Origin: Paramoeba atlantica
Lineage: Eukaryota; Protista; Discosea
Reading direction: 5' to 3'
Length of the DNA stretch: 64,000 bases
Assembly (NCBI GenBank): GCA_977017575.1
Contig: CDRNVI010000071.1
Span: 1 to 64,000, forward strand
Position 1 is the stretch's first letter; each line of letters opens with the position of its first letter. A program made the position numbers and the translations under genes. The notes under the pieces are model-generated. The model was not told where the DNA came from and ran no database searches. It saw only the letters and a program-made list of their open reading frames with translations. Shown here piece after piece: positions 60,377 to 64,000 of the stretch.

Positions 60377-60501
60377 TAAATTAATGAGAAGAGGAGTATT
60401 GCACAGACTAATGTCTCCCCTGTATTCGTTCTATCCCACCGCGAAAGGTGAATACTTTGTGATCATCAGAAAGGCCCTTTTGCCGACTCCACATTGTCAC
60501 A

Positions 60502-62328
60502 TCAATCCAATACACTTTTACACAAGGGACAGCGACCGTGTCTGCGCAGCCAAGGATCAACACAGTTTGTGTGGTAAATATGAAAACAGGGAAGAGTGCG
60601 AGTACCATCGCCGTTCTGAATGATATCCATACAGACCGTACAACATAGACGTTCAGGCATATTCTCCACTTTTACGTCTTTGTGAATGTTTGCATTCGAT
60701 AAAATCATTTTTTCGCTGTTTACGCCATAATTTAGAGTGTCCGGTTCGGTATTCTTAGAAAAAAAGATCCCTCGAACGGTGAGAGATTCGATCTGGTCCA
60801 TTTCTAGTCCATTCTCCGCATCTGTAGTATTTTCCTCTTCATCTGACGTTGAAACGTCTTGCAAATTGGAATCGAAAATTCCCTCTTCATCGCTATCAGA
60901 AAACTCTGAATTCCGAACGTCATACCCGTATGAACCTTCTTGATTACTATCATCATCTGACACGTTCATGACGTTTTCTGAAGCTAAGGACACCTGATCA
61001 ATAGATAGTTCATAAGAAGGTTCGGAGAACTCAGAGTTTGCTAAATCTTCTGCCGACATGGCGCCCGAATGTATCATTAAGGTTCGCTCCCAGGACGTGA
61101 GAGAGGGTTGAGAGCTGCGAACATGTGACACGGAGAGCTGACCAATATGGGATTCACGAGCGTTCATTCCACCTCTACCGTGACTCGTATGCATATTTCG
61201 GTTCGTGCGTGCGCTACGCTTCGATTGCACTTCACGAGGACTATCCGGTTGAGGAGAATTGTGTGCAGAGTTTGCGTTCCCTCGTGAAACTTTCGAGACC
61301 GTGGAGGCGGAGTTAAGTCTATTGTCCGAGCTCCGATGCAGGTTAATATTTTTCGTGCTCTCTTGCACTGACTTGTTTTTTAATTTCGAACGTGTACGAT
61401 GGGCGATACACTCTTCTCCCTCTTTTTCTATGTTCAGAGGTGCTTCCGAATTAGACTTTAGAGAATTACAAGGAACTGAAGAATGCGACAAATACTCCAA
61501 AATTGATTTCGGACGATGGTTCTTTTCGTTCTTCGCCGGGTTGCAAACACCGGACGAACTCGCACCTTTTCTTTCTTCCGTTTCTAGAATCAATGTATTC
61601 TCTCTTTCCTTCTCGCGTGCATTCATGAATCTATTAACCGGCGTTAGTGGCTCTGTTTCCGTGGGACCTTCAACCGCGGGGCGAGATCCTGTACCACGAA
61701 CATGCCGATTGCCCCCTCTTCCCCGACCTCTTTCGTAATTCCCCACCGCACTCCAATGACGCAACACGTCCCGTAACGAAATACGGTGGTCGTGTTCCTC
61801 CCTGGGGGAGGAGAGAGAAGAGGAGGTAAGAACCTCCGGGGTCTCGTACTCGTGCGCTCGGGTACGTCGTCCCGCGTATCGGGTACTCCCCCCACATGAG
61901 GGATTATCTAGCCGCATCATCCCGGCACGTACCAAAGCTTCCGTGGCAAAGTCCCCGATCGACGGGGAAGAGGCCGGGTGATGGGTGGGAGAACGCCCCC
62001 TGGAGTTGGCCACTCTCGAAGAGGGCTCGAGAACAGAAGGAGGGCTAGAATTTGCGAAAGATGAAGACGGAGGTAGGTGGGATGAGGATGTAGGGTTGTG
62101 TGAAGAATTTATTCGCTTTCGGGAACGTGGCGAGTTGTGGAGGGAATCCCTACGAATCTGCTCCGCCTCTAACACGCGAGGGTCGGGTCTTTCCAGGCGG
62201 GCGTAGTATGCAGTTATTTGTGTGATGAGCAACTCACGGGGACCGATGGAGGGGAGACCAAGAGATTTAGCTATGACTTGTAAATCCTCGTGGGAAATGG
62301 TTTCCAGATGAAAGAGGATGGAAGGCAT
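60502..62328 (-). CDS. RING-H2 E3 ubiquitin ligase with an N-terminal SAP-like motif
   Basis: C-terminal CTVC..LPCFHIYHTNCVDPWL..CPLC and N-terminal LETISHEDLQVIAKSLGLPSIGPRELLITQI. The ATG at 62328 is the likely start; the ORF is intronless. Confidence 0.9.
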   Translation of the reverse strand: MPSILFHLETISHEDLQVIAKSLGLPSIGPRELLITQITAYYARLERPDPRVLEAEQIRRDSLHNSPRSRKRINSSHNPTSSSHLPPSSSFANSSPPSVLEPSSRVANSRGRSPTHHPASSPSIGDFATEALVRAGMMRLDNPSCGGSTRYAGRRTRAHEYETPEVLTSSSLSSPREEHDHRISLRDVLRHWSAVGNYERGRGRGGNRHVRGTGSRPAVEGPTETEPLTPVNRFMNAREKERENTLILETEERKGASSSGVCNPAKNEKNHRPKSILEYLSHSSVPCNSLKSNSEAPLNIEKEGEECIAHRTRSKLKNKSVQESTKNINLHRSSDNRLNSASTVSKVSRGNANSAHNSPQPDSPREVQSKRSARTNRNMHTSHGRGGMNARESHIGQLSVSHVRSSQPSLTSWERTLMIHSGAMSAEDLANSEFSEPSYELSIDQVSLASENVMNVSDDDSNQEGSYGYDVRNSEFSDSDEEGIFDSNLQDVSTSDEEENTTDAENGLEMDQIESLTVRGIFFSKNTEPDTLNYGVNSEKMILSNANIHKDVKVENMPERLCCTVCMDIIQNGDGTRTLPCFHIYHTNCVDPWLRRHGRCPLCKSVLD

Positions 62329-62565
62329 GAAACAAGAAAGTATGTGTGTTCGTGTGTAGAACCGGAAGACAAGAAGCGTGAAATGAGTCAACAAAACGTA
62401 GATAATACCTGTTCTTTTAGAAGACGTACAATTCTACTACTTTTCTGAGTGTCACATATTAAAGCAAGTTCGCGACAGACTCAAGTCAAACAGCCGTTTC
62501 CTAGAATCCGAAAACACGTTTTGAGAAACACATGCCTAGACACCCCATCTCACCCCATCTCTCCT

Positions 62566-64000
62566 TTACCTTAACCCACACCCCGTCTCACGCAACCGAA
62601 ACGATCGAGACCCCTCCATCCCCGTCACCTCCCCCCCTCCCTCCTCCTTCCCCCCTCCCCACAACCTCCAAAACCGCAACGACTCATCACTTGATACCGC
62701 ACACACCGTTGTCCCATCCGGAGACAACCCCAACCCCAACACATCCACCCCCACCATCCCCCCGCCTCCTCGTCCATACTCCCTCCCCCCTCCCCCTCCC
62801 CCCACCGGTCGAACCCCCAACCCCGTTATCGCACACAACGACTGTACCCCCCAAAGGTACAATCCTCCACCACTGCACCCACCACCACCACCACCACCAC
62901 CCCCTCTCCCTTCCCCTCCACTCCCCCCGGTTCCTCCCCCCCCTGCCCCCCTCCCCCCATAGTGCCCCGTCAGCACCTCCCCCCCATACCCCGTCCCCTT
63001 GCTGTACCCCCTCGGGGCGACCACCACCGCGCTCAGGGGTCGCCCCGTGGACACCGTACGCAGGGGGACGGCAGCCGTGGCCGTAGTCGTCGCGACGTGG
63101 GTGTTCCAGGCCGCGAGCCTGCCGTGGGCGTCCCCGGTGAGCAGACGACTGGGGTGGGAGGGGAGCCAGCAGAGGGCGGTGACGGGGGAGGGGGTGGGAA
63201 GGGCGAGGAGGGCGTGGGGGGGAGTAGTGGTGGTAGTAGAGGTGCAATGCGAGTGAGCGTGGGAAGACAGAGCGGGAGGAGGAGTAGACGTAGTAGTAGT
63301 AGTAGAGGTGCAATGCGAGTGCGCGTGGGAAGACAGAGCGGGAGGAGGAGTAGACGTAGTGGTAGTAGAGGTGCAATGCGAGTGAGCGTGGGAAGACAGA
63401 GCGGGAGGAGGAGTAGGGGTGGTCGTGGTGGTGGTGGTAGCGGTGCGGGAAGAGGGAAGACGACGAAGGTCATAGAGGAGGGCACAGGGGGTGGGGGTTG
63501 TGTGTGGCGTAGGGGTAGGGAAGAGGCCTGTGTGGGGGTGGGGGTTACGGGGGGAGGGTAGGCCGTGGGGATGGGTGCTGTGGGGGGTACGGGAGGTAGA
63601 GGTAGGGGGAGGGAAAAGAGGGGTGGAGGGGGGGAGAGAGGGAGGGTGAGGGGTGGGGGAGAGGGGTGTGGGATGGATTCCGGTGGCAAGGTAGGGAGGG
63701 TCAGGTCCGGGGGAGTAGGCGAGGGAGAGGACAGGTCCACGGTAGGGTGTGGGGAGAGTGTGGATCCAGCGGTGACGGCGGGTGTCGAGGAGGTGGAGGG
63801 CGCCGGTGCTGCTGCCACAGGTGAGGACGTCGCTGTTGAAGGTGAGTTTGGAGAGGAAACAAGGATGAGTCGTGCCGGAGTCCATGTTCCCTGATTCGTG
63901 TGGGGTCCAGCCGGGGGCATGAAACTGTCGCACGACTTTTCCCTCCTCCACATTGACCAAAAATACCTCACCTTGTTTGGTGGAGAGTGCAAGCTGTGGA
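62566..64000 (-). CDS. Cdc20/Fizzy-family WD40 protein (5' end beyond the window)
   Basis: WD repeats, C-terminal SPDGTTVCAVSSDESLRFW and a terminal LR (IR-tail-like). The frame is open to position 64000 and contains low-complexity and tandem insertions. Confidence 0.7.
   Translation of the reverse strand, partial: PQLALSTKQGEVFLVNVEEGKVVRQFHAPGWTPHESGNMDSGTTHPCFLSKLTFNSDVLTCGSSTGALHLLDTRRHRWIHTLPTPYRGPVLSLAYSPGPDPPYLATGIHPTPLSPTPHPPSLPPSTPLFPPPTSTSRTPHSTHPHGLPSPRNPHPHTGLFPTPTPHTTPTPCALLYDLRRLPSSRTATTTTTTTPTPPPALSSHAHSHCTSTTTTSTPPPALSSHAHSHCTSTTTTTSTPPPALSSHAHSHCTSTTTTTPPHALLALPTPSPVTALCWLPSHPSRLLTGDAHGRLAAWNTHVATTTATAAVPLRTVSTGRPLSAVVVAPRGYSKGTGYGGEVLTGHYGGRGAGGGGTGGSGGEGRGGGGGGGGGCSGGGLYLWGVQSLCAITGLGVRPVGGGGGGREYGRGGGGMVGVDVLGLGLSPDGTTVCAVSSDESLRFWRLWGGGKEEGGGEVTGMEGSRSFRLRETGCGLR

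Noticed and set aside
62532-63992. Overlapping Pro/His- or Gly-rich ORFs in other frames
   Set aside because: They are shadow frames of the GC-rich, low-complexity WD40 gene.

Overview
Eukaryotic (protist-like, intron-poor) genomic DNA. About 60 kb is a densely nested transposon zone, followed by two host genes on the minus strand: a SAP/RING-H2 E3 ligase and a Cdc20/Fizzy-like WD40 gene cut by the window edge. The TE zone holds RTE-group LINEs (APE-RT-RNase H), RLE-type LINE fragments (CRE-like and R2/NeSL/HERO-like), two tRNA-derived SINE families sharing a core, pogo, Merlin (ISXO2-like), Tc1 and Crypton-like elements, and a ~24.5-kb tandem array (six 3420-bp and two 1907-bp units). The most notable signal is a terminal architecture shared by sequence-unrelated element families. 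Each starts with A|TT plus a short 5' hairpin and ends in a long 3'-terminal palindrome (45-bp or ~85-bp arms) carrying an inverted copy of the 5' hairpin. One cleanly reconstructable site shows insertion at A|T with no TSD (formally also readable as a 2-bp AT duplication). One such element carries a PIF1-helicase/Ulp1-protease ORF, pointing to a Helitron2/Helentron-like rolling-circle group with an unusual fold-back 3' end. These elements show 5'-end reiteration, solo palindromes, end swapping and a head-to-tail junction, and they mark every junction of the large array. No CRISPR, rRNA or intact tRNA genes were found. All assignments come from reading motifs by eye; no searches were run, and boundaries may be off by a few bases.
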